Source: an uncultured Candidatus Saccharibacteria bacterium (lineage in GTDB: Bacteria > Patescibacteriota > Minisyncoccia > Phycocordibacterales > UBA9973). From it: DNA of 64,000 bases. Position 1 is the stretch's first letter, and every line of letters starts with the position of its first letter. A program made the translations under genes and the position numbers. Positions 36,401 through 46,989 of the stretch are shown one piece after another. The DNA lies in the NCBI GenBank assembly GCA_964450735.1, contig CAYVDC010000001.1, forward strand, positions 5,577-69,576. The letters are read 5' to 3'. Below the pieces are notes generated by a model. The model saw only the letters and a program-made list of their open reading frames with translations, made no database searches and was not told the DNA's origin.

Positions 36401-38388
36401 CATTTAATGGAAAAATAACGGGGAGTGCTTTACTAATGGGAAAAGAATTTAATATGTTAAATTCCAACCCATATTTAAACACCATTTCACCAAATTACAA
36501 ATTATTCCCTCATAGTAGATGGGACGTATTGCAAAATAATTTCAGAAATAATAGACTTTCTTATTTTAGAACCAATCAAGAAGTGGTGGGAGGAGTTACA
36601 TTAAGTTCTTCTGCACAAATTGATGACTATATTGAATATAATACTTCTTCTAAGAGAGGACGTTATGATGGGTGTAAATTAACAATCAAAACATTAAATG
36701 AATTTACTGTTGATGACGTTTCTTATGGAAAAATCCCTGCTATAAAATCAAATGTTAATAGAGTGGGAGTGTTTACAGAGGTGACGAAGAATGTTCTTCT
36801 CCCCGAACTATCTGAAATTCATGTTAAATGTTTAGTTGATAAGAACGGAACTATCACTTCATTAAATTCAAGAAATAAGAATTGGTTTGAAGTTCAAAAT
36901 ACATTTAAAGACGGAGACAATTTAATTGTTTCATTATTTGATAATCAAAAATATGGAAATCAAAAGAATGTAGATGGTACAAAACCCATTTACAATTCAG
37001 GATATAGATATGCTCCATCATTATATTTTTCAGATGAAGATAGAATTTTAACATTTAATATCAATTCAGCTAAAAATCAAAATAAAACTGTTCAAGAAGC
37101 TAATAATTTCTTTTGGGCTTATGAACCCAAAGCAAGAGATATTAGTAAAAAAGCTGTTTTATATGACCTCTATCCAAGTGTTAAATTAGATGATGGAGGA
37201 AATTATGTAGTGGGAAGTGAGTTAACAAAAGCATTTAGCACCTTCACTATTCCATCAACAGGACAATATACGTTTAATTGCACACTTTCTCTTAAAATAA
37301 GACTTAAAAAGAGAGATAGTTTTGCTAAATATACATTGGCTATTTATAAAAATTCTCCATTAGACACTGCTAACTTGTTACAATCTGAAACATTGGAGTT
37401 TGTTAATAAAAGTACCACCAATTATTTAGATTTTATAACAACTAATATGAATAGTAGTGGATGGAACTATTTATTTAGTTCATATTGGGGACTGAATGAA
37501 AATGCTTCTGTCCAAATCCCATTAAATATTTCTGCTGTTTGGACTAAAAAACAAACAGGAGTGGATGTCGTTGGTTCTTGGACTATTTTCACCAATCAAT
37601 ATGGATATGACACTCCTAAAGTGTATGAAGTGAACGGAAATTACAGAGATGTCATTGGATATGATTCCACAAAAACATTAGATTTTAGACTTCCATTCGA
37701 TGCCACCACCAATATTAATTACAACTTAGGGAGTGATTTTAAAAAAGGAGAGAAAGTCTATTTCATCCTTTCAGAAGAAGGACTTAGTGAAACTGAAATA
37801 AACGCTGTTCAAATTACGAATGGGGAAGTGAATGTTAATATCAACAGTAAGATATTAGACCCTGAAACAAAAAATTTGATAAAATCTATGAGTGGGAATT
37901 CTATTGTTATCAATGGAAATCTTTCATATCATTCTCTTATTGAAAGTTTATTTAATCCTGATAGTTCCACTTTATATAAAAAGTATGGAGATGTTGATGT
38001 TAATTTTTCTTTACAAGTGGGGGACTATATAAGATTTTTTAATAAAAATACAAATGAATATAATGTTCATCAAATAACAAGTGTAACGAAAGCAACAGGA
38101 GTGAGTGCTTATATTGATTTATATTTTCCTGAAATCACTTTAGGTGTCACCCCTGCATTATTGGATAGTTTGACACCTGATAGTTATTTAGAAGTGCTGT
38201 TTTACAGGAAGGTTCAAGATGAAACCACTGTGATGTTGAATTATAATATCAAAGATGTGAACACTTCTTATGGAATATTAATTCCACATAACATTTCAGA
38301 AGAAACGATGAATAATATTGACGTGATAATAAAAGAACTTAAAACTAAATTAATCAACGAAAACAATATTAACATAACACCAAATTAA
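33412..38388 (+). CDS. very large baseplate/fibre structural protein (1658 aa; gp7-position)
   Basis: Uninterrupted 4.9-kb ORF downstream of the gp6-like gene. N/S/Y-rich composition. Confidence 0.5.
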   Translation: MKIINLHNIELVPRINKKDSSLLTNKSVYKKFGTGDDFAELHFFTKDSVYVNSNYNYTSYTPNKELEVKEDGFIQSIDVDLEKDCIDNGLTNGSFVLYYSFFRHIFSKISDEFFINTISSDRTELVLKTIKLSESSVAEVLDKLIYDINSQSYINNFVLNFGKNRIYLITNFFYRITEDGFELCVKLYAPLSSDVDVKSTCSFLEEISDSNKFTIELFDEIEPIRGISLRGANFDLEVDDKISITTDYKNRNTLISNSYTSSLYAYINDSSIDLSIDYSSFSNFINFSSAKQRINGFLYKLELLESLESNLYYINNISSSVAYISDNKQVIDEKIENIKNGFDHYERFLYNESSSYSFPKQSNGKPFSLSASISTTWIGSDIEIDANYGGIILSASLYDGDNRGGLVYSTPEYIRIDSRNNGYDVFINMIAHHFDNLWVYIKDTTSLYQGFNNYRKGISSDLVVKMLSSFGIKLYDVRDDYDLVSSIIETDLSGTKEYPYTITNNDHLTRDILKKEIYKRLYHNLPILLKSKGSYYGTKLLLNIFGIPDTMLRIFEYGYYDKDNTTLEDKRNVFNYALQISGSNRVYSNFITSSISSFSSFEFRFKESDSGSGNLVTFSPSGSETGSLSIQYSNQTGSYSTVTFKLSGSSSSLSDIPIHQDKWFNFLINRSTTGSILTHNFYIGWRDEYDVPVIKSASLSITSSYNWVRSRYVFGQTGSLSSPNGKIQEVRLWSELLNTSSLKNHILNPLSIRGNYTSSYDNVLKRNYLGTNVYKYNHYLTSSMDNLNFVSYSNDYNYAYNYETIYLDSPSVAGFKVNTTKISIDSSSIEDGVLSAYIPTTKKEEIWTKYNYNTYQIGLSPSDEIDFDIISKLGYFNVEDIIGNPAYYYSSSYDELRVVSNNYFDEYISKYNYQDYIRILKWFNNSLFKTLKDFSVAKSTLSVGFIQKPHILERIKMNNAYVSFAQSGIYSINLGRTLFQYNSSSLYSKLSTNKVEAFNGKITGSALLMGKEFNMLNSNPYLNTISPNYKLFPHSRWDVLQNNFRNNRLSYFRTNQEVVGGVTLSSSAQIDDYIEYNTSSKRGRYDGCKLTIKTLNEFTVDDVSYGKIPAIKSNVNRVGVFTEVTKNVLLPELSEIHVKCLVDKNGTITSLNSRNKNWFEVQNTFKDGDNLIVSLFDNQKYGNQKNVDGTKPIYNSGYRYAPSLYFSDEDRILTFNINSAKNQNKTVQEANNFFWAYEPKARDISKKAVLYDLYPSVKLDDGGNYVVGSELTKAFSTFTIPSTGQYTFNCTLSLKIRLKKRDSFAKYTLAIYKNSPLDTANLLQSETLEFVNKSTTNYLDFITTNMNSSGWNYLFSSYWGLNENASVQIPLNISAVWTKKQTGVDVVGSWTIFTNQYGYDTPKVYEVNGNYRDVIGYDSTKTLDFRLPFDATTNINYNLGSDFKKGEKVYFILSEEGLSETEINAVQITNGEVNVNINSKILDPETKNLIKSMSGNSIVINGNLSYHSLIESLFNPDSSTLYKKYGDVDVNFSLQVGDYIRFFNKNTNEYNVHQITSVTKATGVSAYIDLYFPEITLGVTPALLDSLTPDSYLEVLFYRKVQDETTVMLNYNIKDVNTSYGILIPHNISEETMNNIDVIIKELKTKLINENNINITPN

Positions 38389-38417
38389 TTTCTATATTTA
38401 TATAAAAACTAAACATC

Positions 38418-39071
38418 GTGAGCTATTTAAGTAATACAGTAATAACAGTGGATGCTATTTTGACTAAAAAAGGCAGAGAACTGTTAGCCAAAAATGATGG
38501 AAGTTTCAAAATTACACAAGTTGCATTTGGTGATGATGAAATAGACTACACTTTGTACAATCCATCACACCCAAAAGGTTCTGCTTTTTATGGAGAGGCA
38601 ATAGAAAACACTCCTATTTTAGAAGCATTTCCTGACGAGACTCAATTATTGAAATCTAAATTGGTGACACTTCCTCGCGGAACATCTAAACTTCCTGTGG
38701 TGTCTATTGGATATAATTCAATCAATTTAAAACAAGGTGCGTCTCTCACCATCACACCGCAAACGTTAAATTATCTAAATGCCACTTCTACTTATGAACC
38801 AAATGGATATGCTGTTACAGTGAGTGATAGTAGATTCCTTTCAATATTTAAAGGAGTGGGAGTTGTTGGAAATCAAACAACAACAGATGTTATTTCTACA
38901 ACAACAGGAACTAATTTATCTAAAACAGAAATAGGAACATCTTTCACGCTAACAGGAACAACGTTAGATACACTTTTTGGAAGTTTAACAAGTATTGTTA
39001 CAAATATAACAGTTGTTGGAAGAGATAGTGGAGCAAGAATTACCATTCCATTAACAATTACTAAAAAATAA
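38418..39071 (+). CDS. structural protein (217 aa), GTG start
   Basis: ORF preceded by a late-promoter-like motif. Thr/Ser-rich. Confidence 0.4.
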   Translation: MSYLSNTVITVDAILTKKGRELLAKNDGSFKITQVAFGDDEIDYTLYNPSHPKGSAFYGEAIENTPILEAFPDETQLLKSKLVTLPRGTSKLPVVSIGYNSINLKQGASLTITPQTLNYLNATSTYEPNGYAVTVSDSRFLSIFKGVGVVGNQTTTDVISTTTGTNLSKTEIGTSFTLTGTTLDTLFGSLTSIVTNITVVGRDSGARITIPLTITKK

Positions 39072-39075
39072 AAAC

Positions 39076-40080
39076 GTGAGTTACTTAAAATTAACAGAAA
39101 AGGATTCAGTTGTCAGTTCAGAAAAAGTAGTGAGACCTGCTTGGTATGGCGAAACCACCACACTTTCAACGTTCTACACTCCTAATTTGAATGAATCTAA
39201 TTACTATATCAACGTATATAAAGAATCACCAATAGCTAACCCATATACGCAACCACAATTTTCAGTTACTTATGGACATGTTTCGGGGAGTGGGTCTATT
39301 GGCTATTTACAAGATAATACTTATTATACAAGAATAATCTATGGACAATATCGTTCACTTATTCTTCAAAATGAAAATTCTTTATTTGATTTTGGTGGAA
39401 GTAGTGGTTCAAGTGATGATATTTTAGTTTTAAGTGTCGCTCGTAATTGTTTCAAAGAATCTTTAAAACCTTCTGGGTTTAATATTAAATTGAAAAACGG
39501 TTCAACTGTTTTAAATTTAACAGATAATTCAAAAGACCTTTCTTCTCCAAAATATTTAGCTTCCAATCGTTATTATGATATTGTAAGTGGAAGTGATGGA
39601 AATATGGCTTTTGGACAAGCTATTTTGAACACAAGTAGGGGTAGTTATGGATTTTTCTTTCCTGATTTGGGAACTATTGTTTTTAATCCAAGAGCATTAT
39701 CTTTAACAAGTGGAAGTAAAGGAGTGGGACTTAGTATTGCAAGCGGAACTACAACCAATTCAGATAATAACGCTAAACGTTTATATGATTTGATAGTTTC
39801 GGGGCAATCCTTCAAACTTTCATCAGAAGAAACTGTCACTTCTCGCTATTTTTTCATTACAGCACCAAGTTCAGAATTCAATTACACCACTAATCCATCT
39901 GTTATAGATGATAATGGAAATTTGATTTATAGTACATTAGTTGACAGCCCCGAAACATTCATCACCACCATTGGTCTTTACAATGATAGTAATGAATTAT
40001 TAGGAGTTGCCAAATTATCCTCGCCAATAAAAAAGAATTTTATTCAACAATTATTATTTACAGTTAAATTAAGTTGGTAA
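39076..40080 (+). CDS. baseplate structural protein (334 aa). Its C-terminal module is duplicated in the 49482-49790 ORF.
   Basis: C-terminal ...ETFITTIGLYNDSNELLGVAKLSSPI... is repeated almost verbatim in the ORF at 49482-49790. The size equals T4 gp8, but this is a positional guess. Confidence 0.4.
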   Translation: MSYLKLTEKDSVVSSEKVVRPAWYGETTTLSTFYTPNLNESNYYINVYKESPIANPYTQPQFSVTYGHVSGSGSIGYLQDNTYYTRIIYGQYRSLILQNENSLFDFGGSSGSSDDILVLSVARNCFKESLKPSGFNIKLKNGSTVLNLTDNSKDLSSPKYLASNRYYDIVSGSDGNMAFGQAILNTSRGSYGFFFPDLGTIVFNPRALSLTSGSKGVGLSIASGTTTNSDNNAKRLYDLIVSGQSFKLSSEETVTSRYFFITAPSSEFNYTTNPSVIDDNGNLIYSTLVDSPETFITTIGLYNDSNELLGVAKLSSPIKKNFIQQLLFTVKLSW

Positions 40081-40081
40081 C

Positions 40082-43000
40082 TTGTCAGTTTATAAAAGAT
40101 TACACAAATCGGATGTCATCACATCCCCATATGAAGCCAATAAACTTTTCAATCTTTCCTATAACACTTTTAGCAGAATATGTTCAAATGTAAGTGGGAG
40201 TGATGATGGTGTAAAAATTTATGTAGGAACTAAACTAACAGGGAGTTTCACTCCCGATTTAGAGCCAACAAGCGAGGGGGAATATCAAAGACTTATTTAT
40301 GACAGTATCAATCATCTTTATTATCAACAATATAATGAAGAATTAGATAATGATATAAATAAACAATCTTTATATTATGTTTCTTCTTCTCAATTTAGAG
40401 CCACTTCTTCATATTTTGATTATAATAACAATGACAGGATTGTAAAATACTTTCCCACTGCATCTTATTCTACTATTCGTGTTATTTCGATTCCTAAAAA
40501 TCTTTATGGAAATGAAATAGTTCCTACCAATTTTGTTCTATCATCATCTGCTTATGATGTAATTGATGATGGATATGGAAATTTAATAGATACAAACACA
40601 GATGAATATATTGGAAATATATTTTATAAACAGGGGATAGCCGTTATCACTAATGAATTATATCAATGTATGTTTCCAATTCCACCTGTTGCGGTGGCAA
40701 ATGCATTTAGATTTAATGAATTAACATCGAATAAAGTATTCAACCTTCTAAGTAATGATGTTACTTATTGTGGAGCAACAGTAAATACTTCTTCAATTGA
40801 ATTTTTTGAAACAAGTAGTGGATTTGTTTATTCAACAACAGGTTCAAATTTCTTATTTTTGAATTCTTCTGTTGGAAATTATTCATCAAGTTATTTCTTT
40901 AAAGATAGTAATGGACTTTGTAGCAATCCATCAAAAATAAACATTGAAGTATATAGAGATTGTGATTTTTCTGTAAATGTTACACAAATAGCATATACAG
41001 GAAGCACTTCACCATGTACTTCTACTGTGTGTGATATAGATTTTGTAAAACTCCCTGTAAGTAGTTCATGTACTTCCACATTATATCCAATAGATTTTTC
41101 TGCTAACGTTGCTTTATTAACGTCAAGTAGGGCTAATGGAATACATGATTTCATGCTTACATTCAATGCTACTGAAAATGCAACATGGAGTATAAGTAAA
41201 AATGGAGGAGCGACGTACACTACATTGTTAAGTGGAAGTTCTATCATTTCAGGTAGTACAAGTTTATTAGCAACAAGTAGTAGTTTCAAAAATGATTTTT
41301 CATTTTTATTAAGAGCTACAAATGCAAGTAGTTCTTTTGTGGAATATCATTTTGAAATAAACCCATTATTAACAAATAGTTATACATTTACACAAAAGAA
41401 GAAGTATGACTATTATAGCGTTCCTTCCGCAAGTTGTTACCCAAATATATATAAAGTGCTAAGTAGTGGATGTAACATTTCATCATCAACTTACACTTAT
41501 ACGGGAGAGATGTCAGGAGTGGCATTGACAGAGAATAGACTTGCTGTGATTGGTTGTAGGGGAAGTATAAAGGTGACAGCCACCACTACTTGTTGCGGAA
41601 CGTGTGAAAAAATAATTTATTTTAATGGGGACTGTTATGGAAATTCATTATGTAAAGCTGATGAATTAAAATTAGAAGTTTTTCCAACAAACACCCCTAA
41701 TAATTATTTAGTTTTCGCTAATTTTGAGAATGGATACCTTTCCGCTTATTCAAATTGGAGTACAAGTGGCAGTGGAATAAGTATAACAAGCGATAATGAC
41801 GGATTATGGGTAGAAGTAACAATAGCAAGTGGTAGTGCAGACACTTATTTGACATTTAATTGTTCAACTTGGTGTGAAAATCTTTCAAAAACAGTGAGAT
41901 TTAGCTATAATCCGCTTACAACCACAACAACGCTTCCCATATCAACAACAACTTCCACCACATCAGACCCAAATCATGCTGTTGAAGGAGTGGTGGTTTT
42001 ATACGCCGATTTAGAACTTACAAAAGATGCGGAAACAACTTCTCCTTACAGTGGACAAACAATAAGAGTGAATCTTTCTGTATTTAACAGAGGCCCAGCA
42101 GCAGCCACAAGTGTTGTGGTGAAAGATGAACTTCCAACAGGAATGACATATGTTTCTGCTATTTCAAGTGGAACAAATCTAATTTCAGGGTCTGTAATAG
42201 GAAATATTCCCATCATCTATCCCAACCAATATGATACAATTTCATTCTATGCTTCAATAAGTGGAAGCGTTGGCGAGGAAATTTGTAATTTTGCACAAAT
42301 AATGTCCGCAAATGAAATTGATACAGATTCTACACATGGTTCTGTTGATGATGCGGATGATGAAGCATATTTATGTTTAAGAGTGATAGGTACAACCACC
42401 ACTTCAACAACAACATCTACAACGATAAGTGGAAGTGGTGGAACGACAACAACGACAACAACATTAGCGCCTTGTGCCCCAATAATAAGACCATATCCCT
42501 ATACAAATTATATTTGTGACTGTGGATTACAATTCTTTTCAACGGGATACCCAAAAGGTAGAATAATAGTGAATGCTATTAATCAATTAACAGGAACATT
42601 TGAAGGACTTGAATATTCTTTCAGTGGAGATTTTGATGAAAATTACGATGATGAAAATATGAGCGAATGTTTAGCGGACGGTTTATATACTGTTTGGGTG
42701 AGAGTGAAAGATAGACCTGATTGTAAATCATCTATCACCGTTCAAGTTAATTGCAGCCCCCAATCAGAAAATGCAGGAACTACCACTACTACATTGTTTA
42801 ACAGTGGAAGTTGGGCATTTTTGGACTCAGTGTGTGTAGATGTTTCTTCTGCCACCACTACGTCTGCTAACAGTTTAGAATTCACTTATCAAACTGGATG
42901 TAACAATGCAGGTTTATTTGTTGCAGTAACAAGTGTGACGGGGGCATCTGGTCAAGTTCAATATAGTATTGATGGGGGAGCTTATCAAGGAAATTCATTA

Positions 43001-44671
43001 TTTTCAAGTCTTTCTGATGGAACTCACACCATCACTATTAAAGATGGAGCAGGAAATACTAAAAGTAAGTCATTCACAAGAGGATGTGGAAGCAATCAAA
43101 CCACCACTACCACCACTGCTACTCCTGGAACTGTTACCACCACCACTAATTTGAATTCAAACATTTTAGAACCTCTAACGCTTAATTATTCGTTAGAATC
43201 TAATTATAACAGTTCATACAATCCAATAGCTAAATTTGGAACATTTACAACCAATGGACAGCCATTTATTTGGGACGTTGGTTATAATACGTTAGGATAT
43301 ACTTACGGAAGCAGTGGATTAAATGTCACTACAATTGGATTTACACATGCTACCAATAGAAGTGCAGGAAGTATAACAGGAATATTAACACGGGATAAAT
43401 TAGCATTGGAGGTAAATGCTGATGCTGATGTATTTAGTCAAACAGATGTTAATTACAGACGAGATTTCACATCTTCTTGTGTGGGATATGATGAATCCTC
43501 TGGGAATGCTTTCTATAATGATGACACTGCTATTTCAAGTCATTTGAATTACATGAATGGAGTGGATGTTGATATTATGTCTTTTGATGTTGAATTAGTC
43601 AATTTAAGAGAATCAAGAGATGCGATTATTCAGAAAAGAAATTGTTTACAAGGAGGAAAATATAAAACTTCTGAAAATGGTGGAACAACTCTTCCATATA
43701 AAAATTGGACAGATGAAATGTTCTATCAACAATATTTGAAAGCATATGCTGATTATTGGGTGAGATTTATTAATATATTGAAATCTAAAAATGCCACTCC
43801 TGCAACAGCTAAAATGAGTTGGTATGGAACAGGTGCTAATCAATCTTATGCAAGTTATCCATATAGCGATGAATCAGCAGGACTCACCACAACACCTGCT
43901 CCACAATGGAATATTTATGGAAATGCAGGATATAGAGTGAGAGATGCTATCACTTATCAAGGAGCAGGTCAAATATATTGTGGAGAACCTTATGGAATAA
44001 GCGATAGTACAATGTTAGCAAGTATGCTTTCTAATTATGAAACACAAAGGAAAGCGGATGGTGTTTCTTCATGGAAAAGAAGTATCACTCACATTAAACC
44101 ATTCAGAGAAAATTACACAGCAGGAAATGCAGATGGAGTGACACCTTGTACAAACTGTGCATGGGCTTCTTCTACAAAACAAATTTCACAAGGAACTGTA
44201 TTTATTCCATTCTTCACAGGAAATGGTGCTTGGATATGGGGAACATACGGAAGGGCTGAGTTTGGTCAATCTATTGACCACATGGTAGCAGCAAGGAAAA
44301 TTTGTTCTTATATCAATCCAATTATTGATGGAAATGAATCATATATAATTCCTGAAATTTCTTTAGATGGTGTTAGATGGTGGGGAAATTCAAATGATTG
44401 GAATGCTGCAACTGATATAAGCAATCCTGATAGATATACAGCTTGGACTATTATTCAAAATAGTAGTTTGAGAAAAGAATTCCCATTAGTAAGAGCTATT
44501 AAAAATGGAAATTCAATAGCTATTTGTGCTACAAGAATTAATGGATTGGAAAATGGAACTATTTCTTTTCAAATAAGAATTCCAAAATCAAATGGAACAT
44601 ATTATGTTGAAAGAATCACCTTAACAGGAAGAGAATGGTTTATTGGTAGAGTTTGGAACATAAACGCATAA
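40082..44671 (+). CDS. giant tail fibre / receptor-binding protein (1529 aa) with a DUF11-like domain, Thr-rich linkers, SprB-type repeats and a C-terminal putative glycoside hydrolase-like domain
   Basis: N-terminal ...GNIFYKQGIAVITNE... is fibre-anchor-like. LELTKDAETTSPYSGQTIRVNLSVFNRGPAAATSVVVKDELPTGMTYV is DUF11-like. TTTT linker runs. Cys-capped modules such as LSDGTHTITIKDGAGNTKSKSFTRGC. Confidence 0.55.
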   Translation: MSVYKRLHKSDVITSPYEANKLFNLSYNTFSRICSNVSGSDDGVKIYVGTKLTGSFTPDLEPTSEGEYQRLIYDSINHLYYQQYNEELDNDINKQSLYYVSSSQFRATSSYFDYNNNDRIVKYFPTASYSTIRVISIPKNLYGNEIVPTNFVLSSSAYDVIDDGYGNLIDTNTDEYIGNIFYKQGIAVITNELYQCMFPIPPVAVANAFRFNELTSNKVFNLLSNDVTYCGATVNTSSIEFFETSSGFVYSTTGSNFLFLNSSVGNYSSSYFFKDSNGLCSNPSKINIEVYRDCDFSVNVTQIAYTGSTSPCTSTVCDIDFVKLPVSSSCTSTLYPIDFSANVALLTSSRANGIHDFMLTFNATENATWSISKNGGATYTTLLSGSSIISGSTSLLATSSSFKNDFSFLLRATNASSSFVEYHFEINPLLTNSYTFTQKKKYDYYSVPSASCYPNIYKVLSSGCNISSSTYTYTGEMSGVALTENRLAVIGCRGSIKVTATTTCCGTCEKIIYFNGDCYGNSLCKADELKLEVFPTNTPNNYLVFANFENGYLSAYSNWSTSGSGISITSDNDGLWVEVTIASGSADTYLTFNCSTWCENLSKTVRFSYNPLTTTTTLPISTTTSTTSDPNHAVEGVVVLYADLELTKDAETTSPYSGQTIRVNLSVFNRGPAAATSVVVKDELPTGMTYVSAISSGTNLISGSVIGNIPIIYPNQYDTISFYASISGSVGEEICNFAQIMSANEIDTDSTHGSVDDADDEAYLCLRVIGTTTTSTTTSTTISGSGGTTTTTTTLAPCAPIIRPYPYTNYICDCGLQFFSTGYPKGRIIVNAINQLTGTFEGLEYSFSGDFDENYDDENMSECLADGLYTVWVRVKDRPDCKSSITVQVNCSPQSENAGTTTTTLFNSGSWAFLDSVCVDVSSATTTSANSLEFTYQTGCNNAGLFVAVTSVTGASGQVQYSIDGGAYQGNSLFSSLSDGTHTITIKDGAGNTKSKSFTRGCGSNQTTTTTTATPGTVTTTTNLNSNILEPLTLNYSLESNYNSSYNPIAKFGTFTTNGQPFIWDVGYNTLGYTYGSSGLNVTTIGFTHATNRSAGSITGILTRDKLALEVNADADVFSQTDVNYRRDFTSSCVGYDESSGNAFYNDDTAISSHLNYMNGVDVDIMSFDVELVNLRESRDAIIQKRNCLQGGKYKTSENGGTTLPYKNWTDEMFYQQYLKAYADYWVRFINILKSKNATPATAKMSWYGTGANQSYASYPYSDESAGLTTTPAPQWNIYGNAGYRVRDAITYQGAGQIYCGEPYGISDSTMLASMLSNYETQRKADGVSSWKRSITHIKPFRENYTAGNADGVTPCTNCAWASSTKQISQGTVFIPFFTGNGAWIWGTYGRAEFGQSIDHMVAARKICSYINPIIDGNESYIIPEISLDGVRWWGNSNDWNAATDISNPDRYTAWTIIQNSSLRKEFPLVRAIKNGNSIAICATRINGLENGTISFQIRIPKSNGTYYVERITLTGREWFIGRVWNINA

Positions 44672-44682
44672 TTTAAGAAACA

Positions 44683-46989
44683 GTGAGTGTTAAAAAATAT
44701 ATAAGAGTTAGGAATGAACAAGGATTTGATAGATTTTACGAATGTAGTAGTAATCTCCTATCTGATTCTTCATGTTTTAATGAATTCAAAGCATCCCAAA
44801 CCCCCACTTTATTAACACTTCTTCCGAATGGAGTGGCAGTGGCATGTCCACAACTCACCACTACATCAACAAGCACGACATCTACGACAAGTACGTCCAC
44901 CACTACAACACAACCATACACAGGAAGTTCAACAAGTACGACATCTACGACAACAGCCGCATATACGGGCAGCAGTACGTCCACTACGACATCAACAAGC
45001 ACTTCTACAAGTACAACCACAACACTTATTCCATTAGATTTTGATTTTAAAACAGATTGTAATGATAATACGGGGCTTGCTGTGATTATTACAGTGGTAA
45101 CAGGTAGTTATAATGGAGTGCAGTATAGAATGGATGGGGGTGCTTTTCAAAGTAATCCATTATTTGTTGGATTGGCTGATGGGACTCACACCATTACAGT
45201 GGTGGATGGATTGGGAAGAATAAAAGATAAAACATTCACTCGTACTTGTGCAATCACCACATCAACAAGCACTTCTACAAGTTCAACAAGTACATCAACA
45301 AGTAGTACATCTACGAGTACAACCTTAACGTCCACTACTTCTACAACGTCAACAAGTACAACCACGACACTCCCATATACAGGAAGTTCAACAAGTACAT
45401 CAACGTCAACAAGTACGAGTACAAGTACGTCAACAAGCACTTCCACCACCACAAGACCCCCCGTTACACTTCCTTCAAGTTCAAATAACTTGATTGGAAT
45501 GTCAAACGTAGATGTAGTGTCAAAAGGAGCAGATAATATATTAATTTACATGATTCAAGAATCCACCACTCCTGTTTCTTTAGCAGGAAATGGTCAAATC
45601 ATGTCTATTAATGGAGAAGATGGTGGAACAAGATTTATAAATGGAACAACAATTCCCACTGTATATGGAGTCGCAGGTTATTCCCCATCCATAGCACCAT
45701 ATGATTTCAGAAGATTTGGTTTTAATTTAGCAAGAATTAGAACTGAAAATTCAGGAAGCATTGATGTTAAATGGAAAGTGTATGGTAAGGTGTTAGACCC
45801 AACGGGATATAATAATTTTTGGATGGTGACGAACCTATTCAGAGATGTTTTAATGACTACAAGAGATTGTAATGCTGTTGAATGTAATGGGATGGATTGG
45901 AATAGAAATCCATCCTATTCAGGTACACCTTCTTATTACCCCGAAGCACTTGGAGCAGGTTCTTATTATTGTAATTCAACAGATTCATTTGTTTATTTAG
46001 GATATTTGAGATATACCTATAATAGCATTACATTTGCAGAAAACTTCACATTTACTCCAGACGCATCTGTTATTCAAAATACATTGAATCAAGAATCAGT
46101 TTCAACAATGAATTTCTGTAATTTTGATTCAACTCAATTTGAAGCAGATGATAGTGAAAAAGTAAGAAAAACATTTATTCACACAGGGGGTAATTCCACC
46201 ATATTTTATAAATTTGATTCCACTTTAGCCTCTAATTTTCAAGTGATAAGTGATAGTGGTAACATCCTATCACAAACAACTTGTGTAAGTGGAACTCATT
46301 ATGGATATTTCAATGTGTCAAATGGAGATGCTATCACATTATATGTAAATGGAGCATGTTCAACACCAAATACAAGTTGGACATTGGATATGGGATGTTG
46401 TGATATTACAGCGATAATGAATGTAACATCTGATTGTACAGAAACACATGGAAAAGTTTGTATTAAAGCATCTTCTACACTTATTCCTTCAAGTAAATTT
46501 GAATATTTAGTAGATGGAGTTGTTCAAACTTCATTAGGTTCATGTGCAGGAGGAGTATTAGTTGATGCTTTATTAGGAACACGTTCTATTTCTGTTAGAC
46601 ATAAAGAAATTACAACATGTGCTAAAACAGAAATAAAAATTGTAAACTGTGTAGCTGAAAATAACATCACAACATCTACAACAACAGCTTCTCCATCCTC
46701 ATGTTCTGTTAGCTTTTCGGAAGCAAGACATGACACGGATTTAACATGTAATTCTTTACAAGGATATTTATATGTACATGTGGATTCAAGTAATACAAGT
46801 GGATTGATTCAATTTAGAGTGTTAGTTGGTAGTGCTGCCGTGATAGATTGGACTACTCCTCAATTAGAAGATGAAGCATTGTTTTTATTAAATCATGGAA
46901 CTTATAGAGTTCAAGTGAGAGATGCAAATGAAACTTCTTGTACAGCAACCGTAAATAATGTAGTTTTAAGTTATACTAATTGTGTTTAA
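44683..46989 (+). CDS. tail fibre protein (768 aa) with long S/T repeat linkers and SprB-type repeat modules
   Basis: LADGTHTITVVDGLGRIKDKTFTRTC and LNHGTYRVQVRDANETSCTATV match the SprB-repeat signature G-T-Y-x-V-x-V-x-D-x-N-x-C. Tandem PYTGSSTSTSTS repeats. Confidence 0.55.
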   Translation: MSVKKYIRVRNEQGFDRFYECSSNLLSDSSCFNEFKASQTPTLLTLLPNGVAVACPQLTTTSTSTTSTTSTSTTTTQPYTGSSTSTTSTTTAAYTGSSTSTTTSTSTSTSTTTTLIPLDFDFKTDCNDNTGLAVIITVVTGSYNGVQYRMDGGAFQSNPLFVGLADGTHTITVVDGLGRIKDKTFTRTCAITTSTSTSTSSTSTSTSSTSTSTTLTSTTSTTSTSTTTTLPYTGSSTSTSTSTSTSTSTSTSTSTTTRPPVTLPSSSNNLIGMSNVDVVSKGADNILIYMIQESTTPVSLAGNGQIMSINGEDGGTRFINGTTIPTVYGVAGYSPSIAPYDFRRFGFNLARIRTENSGSIDVKWKVYGKVLDPTGYNNFWMVTNLFRDVLMTTRDCNAVECNGMDWNRNPSYSGTPSYYPEALGAGSYYCNSTDSFVYLGYLRYTYNSITFAENFTFTPDASVIQNTLNQESVSTMNFCNFDSTQFEADDSEKVRKTFIHTGGNSTIFYKFDSTLASNFQVISDSGNILSQTTCVSGTHYGYFNVSNGDAITLYVNGACSTPNTSWTLDMGCCDITAIMNVTSDCTETHGKVCIKASSTLIPSSKFEYLVDGVVQTSLGSCAGGVLVDALLGTRSISVRHKEITTCAKTEIKIVNCVAENNITTSTTTASPSSCSVSFSEARHDTDLTCNSLQGYLYVHVDSSNTSGLIQFRVLVGSAAVIDWTTPQLEDEALFLLNHGTYRVQVRDANETSCTATVNNVVLSYTNCV

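Noticed and set aside
44736-45452. Antisense and alternative-frame ORFs in the ORF track: 44736-45020(-), 45186-45452(-), 44828-45037(+) and 44844-45044(+). They translate to VVLVEVLVDV... and QQARHLRQ...-type sequences.
   Set aside because: They lie inside the Ser/Thr tandem-repeat coding region of the 44683-46989 fibre gene. Codon repetition keeps all frames open there. Their low-complexity translations and their position inside a long, well-supported ORF mark them as artefacts.
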